A stretch of DNA of 64,000 nt, taken from positions 186,051 through 250,050 of the forward strand of contig JBDRIV010000004.1 of NCBI GenBank assembly GCA_043815505.1, in the 5' to 3' direction. The translations under genes were made by a program, and so were the position numbers. Origin of the DNA: a bacterium (GTDB lineage: Bacteria; Patescibacteriota; JABMPQ01; JBDRIV01). The notes beneath the pieces are model-generated. The model ran no database searches and was not told where the DNA came from. It saw only the letters and a program-made list of their open reading frames with translations. Position 1 is the stretch's first letter. Each line of letters begins with the position of its first letter. This document shows, piece by piece, positions 1 through 10,092 of this stretch.

Positions 1-15
1 GTTTTTATGATTAAA

Positions 16-627
16 CTACTCAAGTTCAAATGTATTAATTATTGTATCAACCTCTTCTGTTCTATCACAGTAATCTCCATAATATATTTCACAATCTGCA
101 TCCCAAACATCATACGCATATACATAACTACTATCCTCTGTTATTTTTGTTGCCATAGTATTTGGTTTAGCAATCTCTTCTTCTATATCCCATTGATCAC
201 TTGTATAAACAAGTATTCTGAAAATGTGATTGCTACCACCCTTTTCAAATCCAAAGCTAATTATCTCTGGATCGGTTCTTGAAGTACTTGTTTGATAATC
301 TTCCCAATCTTCTGGGAACGTCATTGTAAAATTATAATCTAAATTTGAATAGATAATCCCAGAAATTGTATCGGTATCATCATCATCTTCTTCCATAGCT
401 TCCTCTTCTTCAGCTGCAGTGGCTAACACATCAACTGAATCTGAAAGTGTACTTTGTTTGTTGTTTAATTCAGTAATTTTAGCGTCAAGTTCATTGACTG
501 AGGTATCAAGATCACTTGATACATCTGTAATCATCATATAATTCCAATACAACCCTCCAGCTGCAAGCATTAGAACAACTAGTGCTGAAATGACAGCTAC
601 TGTTGTATTTCCTTGTTGATTTTTCAT
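16..627 (-). CDS. N-anchored secreted protein (TM, coiled coil, acidic linker, PsbP-like C-terminal domain)
   Basis: 203-aa ORF; hydrophobic N-terminus; YSNLDYNFTMTFPEDW motif and terminal IINTFEL are typical of PsbP-like folds. Confidence 0.6.
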   Translation of the reverse strand: MKNQQGNTTVAVISALVVLMLAAGGLYWNYMMITDVSSDLDTSVNELDAKITELNNKQSTLSDSVDVLATAAEEEEAMEEDDDDTDTISGIIYSNLDYNFTMTFPEDWEDYQTSTSRTDPEIISFGFEKGGSNHIFRILVYTSDQWDIEEEIAKPNTMATKITEDSSYVYAYDVWDADCEIYYGDYCDRTEEVDTIINTFELE

Positions 628-665
628 GATTTTATTTTAATTATTACTTAAATAATTTTAACTTT

Positions 666-1364
666 TTATTGTGCAAATGAAAATCCTTGAAGAAACTGAT
701 TGTAGAAAATCCAATCAGTGTAATCGGCAGCATGTAGAAAACTCATCATAAACAACTGACCATCTTTAGCAAAATAGTAATAGTCAGCACCATAAGCTTG
801 CGGTGAGCGTTCATCGATAAAATGAGCTGCCGTTAATCCAGCGATGGTGGTGTTGTCTTTTTGGGTATCATGCGGTTGACCACTAACCCAAGCAGCAATT
901 TCTACTCCTTCTGGCGGATGATATAAATCTGAATCAGTGTGCGTAACAGATACATTTGGCCAATAATCCTTTTGTCCTTCATTTTCAATTTCAGGTCCAG
1001 TGACTAAAACAGAAGTTGGTAAGTTGTTGGTATTTAAATTATATTCAGATGGATACTTAAACGAATATCCAAATTCATCGTTAGTATAAGTTTCCCAATT
1101 TGTATAATCATATTCTGTCGTTTCCATCTCAGTCACAATCTCTTTTTCGACTATATTTTCTTTTTCTTCTGCAATTGAATCTACTCGTTTTTGCAAAGTT
1201 GTAACCTGACTATTGATGGTGTTATATCTATCCACAACTTCGCTTTCGATGTCAGAAATAGAAAGTTTGCTCCAAGCATAAAAAGCTGCTCCACAAACTA
1301 GCACTGTAATTACAACAGCAATAAAAACTGCCGACGCTGCACTTTTGTGTTTTTCTTTTGTCAT
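666..1364 (-). CDS. N-anchored secreted protein, PsbP-like domain
   Basis: 232 aa; TM helix, coiled coil, WETYTNDEFGYSFKYP motif, C-terminal FLQGFSF. Confidence 0.65.
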   Translation of the reverse strand: MTKEKHKSAASAVFIAVVITVLVCGAAFYAWSKLSISDIESEVVDRYNTINSQVTTLQKRVDSIAEEKENIVEKEIVTEMETTEYDYTNWETYTNDEFGYSFKYPSEYNLNTNNLPTSVLVTGPEIENEGQKDYWPNVSVTHTDSDLYHPPEGVEIAAWVSGQPHDTQKDNTTIAGLTAAHFIDERSPQAYGADYYYFAKDGQLFMMSFLHAADYTDWIFYNQFLQGFSFAQ

Positions 1365-1366
1365 TG

Positions 1367-1927
1367 TTATTCCTTAAATTTTTTAATTCCAATCCAAATT
1401 AACAAAGCTAAGGTTAGTCCTAAAATTGTAAAGCGTAAATAATCATCCATAGCTGACCAATAGCGCATGGTTCCAATTACAAGCGAAAGCAATCCACCAA
1501 AAGAGAAACCAATGGAAACCGGTCCAGTTTTTATCATGAAGAAGCCGATTAGAATTGCAATCATTCCGGCAATGACATGAATTACAAAAGCATTGCGATT
1601 ATACAAATCACGCTCTGTATCATAATCAACTGAACAGGTATAAGTTTCATCACAATATCCATCAGCGCCAATATCTTCTTTTTCGCGCGCTGAATCAAAA
1701 TTTGACCACAGACCACCCTCTTCTTCACATGACTCTTCGTTAGTTAAATTCTTAGCTGATAATTCTCGTGGACAATAATCTTCAAAATTAGGACTATCAT
1801 AAAATGTGGATACGCCATAACCAATAAATAGATTTAAAATAACAATCAATCCCAAAACGAGAATTATTTTTTTAAAACCCTTGTTAACATCTATGGGTTT
1901 TCTTGGTTTTAAATCATCTGTTTCCAT
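1367..1927 (-). CDS. hypothetical membrane protein (4 TM, Cys-containing external loop)
   Basis: 186-aa ORF co-oriented with its neighbours; hydrophobic segments. Confidence 0.7.
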   Translation of the reverse strand: METDDLKPRKPIDVNKGFKKIILVLGLIVILNLFIGYGVSTFYDSPNFEDYCPRELSAKNLTNEESCEEEGGLWSNFDSAREKEDIGADGYCDETYTCSVDYDTERDLYNRNAFVIHVIAGMIAILIGFFMIKTGPVSIGFSFGGLLSLVIGTMRYWSAMDDYLRFTILGLTLALLIWIGIKKFKE

Positions 1928-1950
1928 ATTTTTAAATTACTTTTAAAATC

Positions 1951-1995
1951 TTGACTTTTATGTTATTTTAAGTATACTATAATGTTCTTTGAAAA
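1951..1995 (+). promoter_or_regulatory. sigma70-type promoter followed by a boxA-like motif
   Basis: TTGACT at 1951, TATACT/TATAAT at 1973-1983, then TGTTCTTTGAAAA. Confidence 0.5.
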
Positions 1996-2134
1996 GAAAG
2001 ATATTACCCTTCTTTAGCTGATAAGTTGTCCTGAGTTGTTAGCTACAGGAGGGTAATAATTGCGAGGAAAAACATTTGATGGTACTGACTCATGTCGGTA
2101 CACGCAACCCTTCTCTAATCATTAATGTATAACT

Positions 2135-2290
2135 ATGTTATACGCATTACGAGGAGGCTTGCTACTTGCGGTGACCATCATCGTATTCAAGTTTTTCCTC
2201 CCAGAGGTTGGTGTTCGATTGGTCGAATTGATCACCCGCGTGATCGATCTCGTGCTTTCCGCACTTGATCACATTCCCACCAACTTCTAG
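2135..2290 (+). CDS. small membrane protein (51 aa, not in the ORF track)
   Basis: ATG 2135 to TAG 2290; MLYALRGGLLLAVTIIVFKFFLPEVGVRLVELITRVIDLVLSALDHIPTNF; lies downstream of the promoter. Confidence 0.5.
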   Translation: MLYALRGGLLLAVTIIVFKFFLPEVGVRLVELITRVIDLVLSALDHIPTNF

Positions 2291-2367
2291 CTTAAAGAGG
2301 CTATCATATTCATTTTATCTTAATAGATAATCTAAGAATCACTGTTGCCTCTTTTTTCGTCTTTTTC

Positions 2368-2397
2368 TAGTGTACCCTTTACGTAAAGGGTACACTA
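2368..2397. repeat. perfect 30-bp palindrome
   Basis: TAGTGTACCCTTTAC|GTAAAGGGTACACTA. Confidence 0.85.
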
Positions 2398-2467
2398 ATT
2401 TATATGTTTTTAAATATAAAAAACGGCGACAGACTTCGGATGAAGTTATCGCCGCACGTTGGCTTGT

Positions 2468-2962
2468 TTAAGTAATTTCAACTGCCAGTTTGTTTTGCGA
2501 TTCCAACTCGTGCAGGAAACGCTGTTTCAGACTGATGCCGCGGAACGAAGCTAGGAGAATCAGCCCAGCGGTAATGGCTAAGGATTCCGGCACCTGAACC
2601 ATCTCTGGACGCACCACCTGTAAAACATAGCAGATGATAGTCGTTAAAACCCAGCCCCATACGTAGATAGGACCGATGACCCGAGGTCTAATATCTCCTT
2701 TTGGCCGGTGCACCTTCTCTTTAGATTCGACGTACGAGCCAACGAGAAACAGGCAGAAGCAGATCATCTCCCATGGCACTTTGAAAATATCAGGAAGAGC
2801 GAACCACCAACCGCTGAACAACTGGAGCATGAAGCACCAATAGAGAGTAATCAACGGGATGTCGACGCAGAGCACGCGCCGGCGGTATATGGCCTCCTTG
2901 AATCCCGGATACAGACGATCTAGTATCCAACGAATAATGGCGACGACGATGGATTTTAACAT
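2468..2962 (-). CDS. hypothetical membrane protein (GC-richer orphan)
   Basis: GGAGG SD precedes ATG 2962; TTGACA/TATTCT promoter at about 3054-3082; 4 hydrophobic segments. Confidence 0.6.
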   Translation of the reverse strand: MLKSIVVAIIRWILDRLYPGFKEAIYRRRVLCVDIPLITLYWCFMLQLFSGWWFALPDIFKVPWEMICFCLFLVGSYVESKEKVHRPKGDIRPRVIGPIYVWGWVLTTIICYVLQVVRPEMVQVPESLAITAGLILLASFRGISLKQRFLHELESQNKLAVEIT

Positions 2963-3161
2963 GGCTTTATCCTCCAATATTTCTCGAACGATTTCGAGTT
3001 TTCGATGACCAACTTATCTTTATGATATAGAACGAGTGCCAAAAATGACATAATAGAATATCATAATATAATTATATTGTCAATGATAGGCCATTTTTAT
3101 GGCTTGTTTAGACAAATAAAAAAACTCCAGCATTAAGCAATAAAGAGTTTTTAATATCTTT

Positions 3162-3968
3162 TTAACGCAAATCTCTTTTTTCTGACAAGAGCAGGCTTCC
3201 TAAAACAAGAACTAAACCTATTCCTCCCAACACAAATAAATTTATCCACTCTAAATTACCGGTGGAAAGAATCATTTGTGCATCACCATAATAATGAATA
3301 AAAGTAAACCATTTCAAATCAGCAGCCTTTTCTATTAGTTTGGAAATAATATCTAGAAAATATGATGCTGTGAGAAAGCCTCCTGCCAAGGCATAAACTC
3401 TACTTTTAGAATTTAACATGACCGATAAAAATGTGGCTAGAGCTAGCATAAAAAAAGAAGTAAAAATCATTGCTAAAAACAGAGCACCGAACCCTTCCCA
3501 TTTTGGAGTTTCATCAACAGCGTAAAATCCTAGAGCCGTACTAAAAAGAATCACAAAATTGATTACCACTTGAAATATAACACTAGAAACAAATTTGCTT
3601 ATTACAACCTTCCATCTTTTAATTGGCAAAGAAAAAGTAAATTCCGAAGTTCCTTTGTCAATTTCCCCTGCCATAATGGAAGCACCGAGTGAAAAAGAAA
3701 TTACTCCCATAATAATTAGCCAAACAATCGAAAAATATTCTACCGCTAAAAATCCTTCTAGAGTTCCAAATGTAGATACATCAATTCCAAAACCTTTAGT
3801 TATGGCTTCCGGATATACACTAATTAATTCATTAAACTTGGCTGATTGATCACGCAATGAGGGAAAAAAACTAACCATCATTAGAGAATATAAAACAAAA
3901 GTCAGGCCGTACCAAAACAAACTGCGCTTGAAATCAAAAAAGAATTTCTTAATTATAGTCCAACTCAT
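3162..3968 (-). CDS. ABC-2 type exporter permease
   Basis: 6 TM; AGEIDKGTSEFTFSLP motif; overlaps the ATPase gene. Confidence 0.85.
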   Translation of the reverse strand: MSWTIIKKFFFDFKRSLFWYGLTFVLYSLMMVSFFPSLRDQSAKFNELISVYPEAITKGFGIDVSTFGTLEGFLAVEYFSIVWLIIMGVISFSLGASIMAGEIDKGTSEFTFSLPIKRWKVVISKFVSSVIFQVVINFVILFSTALGFYAVDETPKWEGFGALFLAMIFTSFFMLALATFLSVMLNSKSRVYALAGGFLTASYFLDIISKLIEKAADLKWFTFIHYYGDAQMILSTGNLEWINLFVLGGIGLVLVLGSLLLSEKRDLR

Positions 3969-4858
3969 TTTTCCGTTTCATAATATTTAAGGAAAATTTC
4001 TTCTAAGTCTGGAAAATAAGCTGTGATATCAATTATTTTATATTGACTGAGCTTGTTTAATAATTCGTCCATACTGGCACTTTTAGCATAGAGATTCAAA
4101 TGTTCACCATTGGCTCCCAAAACTTCAACTCCGGGAATACTAGCAAAATCATCTTTTTTAAATTCTTGGCCAAAAATAATTTCTACTCTTTTTTTCCGGT
4201 GTTTTCGAATTTCCTCAACTGTTTCTACGGTTACTAATTTCCCCTCTTTAATAATTCCAATGCGATCGCAAATTTTTTCCACTTCTGCTAAATTGTGAGA
4301 AGAAAAGAAAATAGTAGTTCCCTCATTTTTTAGCTCACGTAAAATCTTATATAACTCTTGCTGAGAAAGTGGGTCTAAGCCAGAAGTTGGTTCATCTAAA
4401 ACAAGTAGTTTGGGCTTATGAAATAGTGCCATTAAAATTCCAATTTTTTGTTTATTACCTTTAGAAAGTTTTTTATATGGAACTTTCATCTCACAATCAA
4501 GACGCTTGGCTAAATTTTTGGTATATTCTTTATCTACGTCACGAAATAAACTACTAGCAAATTTTATCATTTTGTTGGCCGTCATTCTATCATACAACTG
4601 AACATCACCTGGCATATAACTAACATCCTGATAAATTTCTTCGTAATGATCTCGGGAATTTTTACCAAAAATAAACGCTTCTCCCTTAGTTGGTTTATAG
4701 AAATTGAGAAGTGTTTTTATAGTTGTGGTTTTGCCGGCACCATTTGGTCCCAGGAAACCAAAAATCTCACCCTTTTCAACTTTAAGATTAACATCAGAAA
4801 TTGCCCTCTTTTTACCATAGTCTTTGGTGAGATTTTTTAATTCAATTACGGAACTCAT
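3965..4858 (-). CDS. ABC transporter ATP-binding protein
   Basis: Walker A GPNGAGKT, signature LSKGNKQK, Walker B LLVLDEPT. Confidence 0.95.
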   Translation of the reverse strand: MSSVIELKNLTKDYGKKRAISDVNLKVEKGEIFGFLGPNGAGKTTTIKTLLNFYKPTKGEAFIFGKNSRDHYEEIYQDVSYMPGDVQLYDRMTANKMIKFASSLFRDVDKEYTKNLAKRLDCEMKVPYKKLSKGNKQKIGILMALFHKPKLLVLDEPTSGLDPLSQQELYKILRELKNEGTTIFFSSHNLAEVEKICDRIGIIKEGKLVTVETVEEIRKHRKKRVEIIFGQEFKKDDFASIPGVEVLGANGEHLNLYAKSASMDELLNKLSQYKIIDITAYFPDLEEIFLKYYETEK

Positions 4859-4861
4859 ATT

Positions 4862-5305
4862 TTATTTATTTTGTTTCGTAGTCTTACGTTTTGCAGTTTT
4901 TCGAGCTGTTTTTTTCTTAGCTGGTTTTCGTTTTTTTACAGCCCTGCGCTTTGCGGGCTTCTTTTTCTTATTTCTTTGTTTGGCTTTAAATGCCTTATAT
5001 TGCTTTTCTATATCTTTGCCAACTTTTTTGCCAACAGTTTCCATTTGACGCCCGAATTTTTTACCTTCTTCTGCAACCTTGCGACCAACTTTTTTGGCAC
5101 TTTTACCGGCTTTATTAAATTTATTTTGTACGTCTTCATCTTGAAAACGTTTGGCAAAAGCTTTGGCGGAAGCTTCGGTAGCCTTTCCTAAAGCTTTGGC
5201 TTTTTCTTTCAATTTTGGGTCATCGAAAATTTCTGCAATGGCTGAACCAAATTCAGCAAACATCGCCTTGAAATCATTACCCGTTGTTTTTTTCTTTTTG
5301 GGCAT
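4862..5305 (-). CDS. Lys/Ala-rich basic protein with a histone-like C-terminal tail
   Basis: 147 aa; KKKPAKRRAVKKRKPAKKKTARKTAK tail. Confidence 0.65.
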   Translation of the reverse strand: MPKKKKTTGNDFKAMFAEFGSAIAEIFDDPKLKEKAKALGKATEASAKAFAKRFQDEDVQNKFNKAGKSAKKVGRKVAEEGKKFGRQMETVGKKVGKDIEKQYKAFKAKQRNKKKKPAKRRAVKKRKPAKKKTARKTAKRKTTKQNK

Positions 5306-5402
5306 TTTTGTTTGTTAATTATTTTGTTTTATTATAGCAAATTTGAAGAAAAGAAAAAAGTCCTGTTGTGTAACAGAACTTTGTTCTATTGGAAATGTGC
5401 GT

Positions 5403-5756
5403 TTATCTATACACTCCGAATTTTCTTCCGGTTCTATGAGACATCTCAAGGTTGTTTGTTTCTCTCCTTACTACTTTTGATGTTTCGTTAATCGCCCTTT
5501 TGAGAAGTTCTTTTTTAGCCTGGTCACCTGTGACCAGATTGAAGACTTTCCAGTAGGTGCGTTTTTTAGTAAGCTCGCCACAGTTATCAAGAATCCTTAC
5601 CTTGACGCTGTTGTTCCGAAATTCGATCAGCCGGGACTCATTCTTTCTAGGCAACAAACGACCAAAACTCTCACTGACCACATTGAATACCAGCTCACCA
5701 GAAGTTAGATCTCCAATGAATAGAGAATCTATAGTCATGGGTATTGGTTGTTTCAT
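5403..5756 (-). CDS. hypothetical protein
   Basis: 117 aa; GAGGTG SD upstream. Confidence 0.5.
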   Translation of the reverse strand: MKQPIPMTIDSLFIGDLTSGELVFNVVSESFGRLLPRKNESRLIEFRNNSVKVRILDNCGELTKKRTYWKVFNLVTGDQAKKELLKRAINETSKVVRRETNNLEMSHRTGRKFGVYR

Positions 5757-5870
5757 GATTTCACCTCACTTGACGATTTGCAATAGCCGGGACCTTGCTT
5801 GGCATCATCGGCATGAAATTTATGAATCCTTTTTTGAATTTCTCGCGCTTCAGTTAATCTTTTAGCGTTA

Positions 5871-6152
5871 TTATTTTGATTTCCAAAATGGTTTTAATCC
5901 TAGTTCTGCATGACCTATTTTTGCATCATAATCATGTTGAGCATCTAGAAACAAAGTCAAGGGATTATAACTTCCGCTCCCATCTCCCTCCTTCAGAACT
6001 CCTTCAACAGAGACTAAAATAGGATCTTTGGCATCGTGAGCTATTAATATCATGGTGATTCTTCTGCCAGATCTGGCAATAGCTTCATTAAGTTGCTCTA
6101 GAATAGTTTCAATTTTTTCATCTGACCACTTACCAGCTTTTTTGCTACTCAT
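5871..6152 (-). CDS. hypothetical protein
   Basis: 93 aa; GGAGGT SD upstream. Confidence 0.55.
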   Translation of the reverse strand: MSSKKAGKWSDEKIETILEQLNEAIARSGRRITMILIAHDAKDPILVSVEGVLKEGDGSGSYNPLTLFLDAQHDYDAKIGHAELGLKPFWKSK

Positions 6153-6347
6153 TTTTACCTCCGTGTAAGGAACATTCTTATTTGTGACTAAATACTACCA
6201 TATTGGATTAATAATAGGCAAACTATTGACAAATTATAAAAAAAGTACTATTATTGACACATTATAATTAATCGTTAATTAGTTCATAAAAACGTCAATT
6301 TTCTAAAGTTGGTTTTAATATGAACAGTTAATATATAGGTCAATATA

Positions 6348-6506
6348 ATGGATCAAGACAATTCATTCGGTGATCGAAAAATGTTCCAGGGTAACTGGAA
6401 ATGTTCCGGCTGTGAAGCTGAAATCACCGAACTACCATTCGAACCGGATGGTGAACGTCCTCTATACTGCCGCGATTGTTATCGCAAGCAGAGAGACGAA
6501 CGATAA
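6348..6506 (+). CDS. CxxC-x17-CxxC zinc-ribbon domain protein (52 aa, not in the ORF track)
   Basis: MDQDNSFGDRKMFQGNWKCSGCEAEITELPFEPDGERPLYCRDCYRKQRDER; promoter TTGACA at about 6226. Confidence 0.85.
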   Translation: MDQDNSFGDRKMFQGNWKCSGCEAEITELPFEPDGERPLYCRDCYRKQRDER

Positions 6507-6651
6507 AACAACTTTAGAAAGTTAACGTTCGAAAAAACCCAGCTCCATTTTTGCAGAACTCACCCAAAATAAAAGTGACTTCTCCAAAAATGGGGCTGGG
6601 TTTGTTTTTATAATTAAAAACCCCTGCCATTTCAATTGAAATGTTAGGGGT

Positions 6652-6816
6652 TTATTCTTCAGATGGCCACGTGTAACCGGTTTAGTTGATTTCCGCTGTG
6701 GGCATTTAATCCCACATTTTTTCGACCTTTTCAAACTCTTTCTACATTGCAACCAAAGTTGCATCAACAAGCGCAACCAAAATAATAAAACAGAAAGCGA
6801 CAATACATTTTTTCAA
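6652..6816 (-). pseudogene. degraded small membrane ORF with 3 in-frame stops
   Basis: GGAGG SD, TTG start, TM-like segment, downstream hairpin; internal TAG, TAA, TAA. Confidence 0.35.
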
Positions 6817-6946
6817 TATTATTCCTCCAAAAAAGAACGTTTATAATTTGAAAATATTATAAGGTACCACATAATTCAATATTTTTAAGTGTTTATCAAA
6901 ATAAAAAACACCTAAATATTTTACTTAATATAAGTGTGTTTATTAT

Positions 6947-7651
6947 TTAACTAAAAGAAATAGAATTTAAAAATTCTTCAAAAATAGTTGGACCGTTTGG
7001 ATATTCATCCGGATTATAATTCATACGAATTGAAATGCCACTACTTCCCTTGGTAATAAATATTCCCATAAATTTTCCTTCTTTGGTTGAAGGTTCGGTA
7101 TAAGTTTTTAATTTACCGTTAATCCCATCCACGGTAAAATCTTTTTCTGATTCCACAATTGAATACATTGTAGGATCGGTAACATCAGTTGTAATATGAA
7201 TATTTATAAAAGCGCCTTTGTCTATGTAGGTTTCACTATATGGCCCTTCAGTTTCAACGGAATGGTCAGAATAATCAGTAGTTTTTAAATCGGTACTGGA
7301 AAGCTGGATTCCAGATGAGGTTTGCTTTTCAGTTACGGTAAATCCCTCTGGCAAAGTGGCGGTAAATAATTCTTTGGCATCACTAAAAACATTGTCAGAA
7401 CTTTCTTCTATTTTCGCATTAGTTGTTTCTTCTGTTGCTGAAGAATTTAATTCTGAATCTTCCTCAATTATATCACCCAAATCATTTTCGTCTTCGGGAA
7501 TGGAATAACCTTCATCTATATTTAGTTCTGTAGTTTCATCCATGAATAGTTCTTCTCCTTCTTTTTCTTTATCCACTAAAAAATACCAAAATACTACTAC
7601 CAAAATTATAATGACAATTATTAGAGTAATATAGAAAACGCTTTTTTTCAT
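6947..7651 (-). CDS. N-anchored secreted protein, PsbP-like domain
   Basis: 234 aa; TM, acidic linker, FTATLPEGF motif, FEEFLNSISF end. Confidence 0.65.
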   Translation of the reverse strand: MKKSVFYITLIIVIIILVVVFWYFLVDKEKEGEELFMDETTELNIDEGYSIPEDENDLGDIIEEDSELNSSATEETTNAKIEESSDNVFSDAKELFTATLPEGFTVTEKQTSSGIQLSSTDLKTTDYSDHSVETEGPYSETYIDKGAFINIHITTDVTDPTMYSIVESEKDFTVDGINGKLKTYTEPSTKEGKFMGIFITKGSSGISIRMNYNPDEYPNGPTIFEEFLNSISFS

Positions 7652-7738
7652 TGTTATTTGTTAATGCTTTCTTTATTATAACAAAATTTCACTCTAGCAA
7701 AAAGACCTCGCCAGTTCAGCCAAGGCCTTTTTGTTTTT

Positions 7739-7936
7739 TTATTCAGCAGGTGTCTGTGGTGCTTCTGGCTTATCTTTTTTGTCGGCCAAAGCGATAATGA
7801 AGGCAATGGCGCCAACAATTATCTTCACCCAAGCATGCCATAGTGGTTCTGTGGCCATTTCCAAAGATGGAAATAGTGCTAGGATTCCCATGATGAGAAG
7901 TCCCAAACCAATTATTATGAGAAAAGCTTTGCTCAT
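7739..7936 (-). CDS. small 2-TM membrane protein
   Basis: 65 aa, two hydrophobic helices. Confidence 0.6.
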   Translation of the reverse strand: MSKAFLIIIGLGLLIMGILALFPSLEMATEPLWHAWVKIIVGAIAFIIALADKKDKPEAPQTPAE

Positions 7937-7981
7937 AATGGCTACTTTAATAATAAAGGTTTCTACTTTTGAAACTACAAA

Positions 7982-8370
7982 TTATTTTTCAGTATTACCA
8001 GTTTTATTCATTAATTTTTTAATAATTTCTACAAAACTATCGGCATTTATATCTGTTTTATTATAATATTCAACTTTGTTATTAGCATATTTTTCGGTTC
8101 TCACTTCAGCATCAATCATGTAATTAAAATAATCACTTATGCTTTTTTACTCCACTCATCATTACGTAAATATTTTTAATACTGAAACGCCATCCATTAC
8201 TGGCATCAGCATGTCTAGAATAATTAGATCTGGATGTTTTTAACTGCTATATCAAACCCCTCTTACCCGTTTTCAACTTCAATTACTTCAAATCCAGCAC
8301 TTTTCAATTTTTCACTTAAAGCAAAAAGAATTGTTTTTTCATCTTCTATTATTAGAATTGTCTTACTCAT
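7982..8370 (-). pseudogene. response regulator receiver domain, disrupted
   Basis: MSKTILIIEDEK...AGFEVIEVENG*...HPDLIILDMLMPVMDG with stops and frameshifts. Confidence 0.8.
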
Positions 8371-8436
8371 TTGATATTTTAATGTTGGTTTTACCCTTTT
8401 TATTATAGCTAAATATTGCTTTTTTTACAAGTTAAA

Positions 8437-9171
8437 TTATTCTCTTTCCTTAAATGATAATGACCCTACCACAGTTAAAACCACAGCAAAAATTGCCAAA
8501 TAGCCAATATTAGCCCAGGCATCAGAATAATTTAATGTTGGTTCAATAGTTGCTTTTAAAACTGAGATGCCCGGTCGAATTGGAAAGAATTGTCCGACGA
8601 TTTCTGCCCAGCGCGGTAGCAGTGAAGTGTCGGCCATCAAACCTGAAAGAAAAGCTGGTAACACAACGAGCAGTGGAATAAAAGGAATGACATGCGCTTC
8701 CTTTCTGGCAAAAGTGGAAATGAATATTCCTAGCAACACTGAAACAACAGCCAAAACAAATAATCCAATACTCATCATCCAGATTACATCCCAACCATAA
8801 TTAAGTTCAAACAACCATAAAACTTCAATTAATACAAAAGCAGCTTGAATGACAGCTAATCCTAAATATCCTAAAACGTAACCAAGAATGATATCAATTT
8901 TATGCACGCCGCTGATTAACATACGACTGAGAGTTCCTTGAATTCTTTCCTGTACAAGTAAAAGCGCGCTTAAAATGAAAGTTAAAAAGTAAACAATATA
9001 GGCCATGAAAGGAACAACAAAAGCTTCGCGGGAAACAGCTTCTGGTAAGGTGTCAAAAAACAGTTTTAAAAAATAGGCAATAATAAGTGGAATGATAATT
9101 GTAAAAACCGCAAAGCGCTTGTCATGTCTAAGTTGTTGTAAAACTCTTCTGGCTATAATTAAAATATTCAT
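8437..9171 (-). CDS. ABC-2 type exporter permease
   Basis: ERIQGTLSRML motif, 6 TM. Confidence 0.85.
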   Translation of the reverse strand: MNILIIARRVLQQLRHDKRFAVFTIIIPLIIAYFLKLFFDTLPEAVSREAFVVPFMAYIVYFLTFILSALLLVQERIQGTLSRMLISGVHKIDIILGYVLGYLGLAVIQAAFVLIEVLWLFELNYGWDVIWMMSIGLFVLAVVSVLLGIFISTFARKEAHVIPFIPLLVVLPAFLSGLMADTSLLPRWAEIVGQFFPIRPGISVLKATIEPTLNYSDAWANIGYLAIFAVVLTVVGSLSFKERE

Positions 9172-10022
9172 TGCTTTTTCTTTTGATTAAGAAGTTCAAT
9201 CATTACGTCTTCTAAATTTTTGGTATCTATGTCTAAACTTTCAATGTCTCGCGACAAACCATATTGATGCAACAAATTGGCCATAGCTTTTCCGGAGGCT
9301 TCAACTTTTTCTGTCCATTCTTCTTTGCTCTTATGAAATATTAATTTAGAAGTTCCTTTAGCAATTAAGTTTTTTGGTGTATCGTGAGCAATTACTTCAC
9401 CTTTTTGTAATAGAATTACACTATCACAAAGCATCGCTTCATCAATTAAATGAGTACTGATTAACAATGTTTTTCCTTCTTCAACAAATTCTCTAAATTT
9501 TTTCCAGAGATTTCTTTTTAGTAGCGGATCTAAAGCTGCTGTTGGTTCATCTAAAAGTAAAAGGTCTGGATCATGAACTAAAGCTGAGGCTAATGAAACA
9601 CGTTTTTTCATTCCTCCAGACAGAGTATAAACTGGGCTTTTAAAACGTTCTTCCAAGTTCAACATTTTTAGAAGTTCCTGAGCTTTCCCACGAGGATTTT
9701 TGACTTTGTGAAGACGAGCAAAAAAAGAAACATTTTCTCGAGCAGAAATATCTTCGTAGAGTGCTGAGTCTTGAGGCATATATCCTAAATTTTTCCGCAT
9801 TTTGTATCTATCTTTTATAGGATCAAAACCAAGCACTTCAATTGACCCGGCAGTTAAATTTAGAGTCCCAATAACCGATTTAATAAATGTAGACTTCCCT
9901 GCTCCATTTGGTCCAACGAGACCGGTAATCTGACTTTGAGGAATTTCCAAACCAACGTTCTTTAAAGCCTGAACGTTTTTATAATGTTTGGATAAATTTC
10001 TTGCAACAATTGCTTGCCTCAC
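9168..10022 (-). CDS. ABC transporter ATP-binding protein
   Basis: GPNGAGKS, LSGGMKKR, LLLLDEPT. Confidence 0.95.
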   Translation of the reverse strand: MRQAIVARNLSKHYKNVQALKNVGLEIPQSQITGLVGPNGAGKSTFIKSVIGTLNLTAGSIEVLGFDPIKDRYKMRKNLGYMPQDSALYEDISARENVSFFARLHKVKNPRGKAQELLKMLNLEERFKSPVYTLSGGMKKRVSLASALVHDPDLLLLDEPTAALDPLLKRNLWKKFREFVEEGKTLLISTHLIDEAMLCDSVILLQKGEVIAHDTPKNLIAKGTSKLIFHKSKEEWTEKVEASGKAMANLLHQYGLSRDIESLDIDTKNLEDVMIELLNQKKKQ

Positions 10023-10092
10023 GTTTTTATTGCAATACGACTAATAAACGACAATTACTATTATTTATAGTGATTTATACAACCACGGTATT

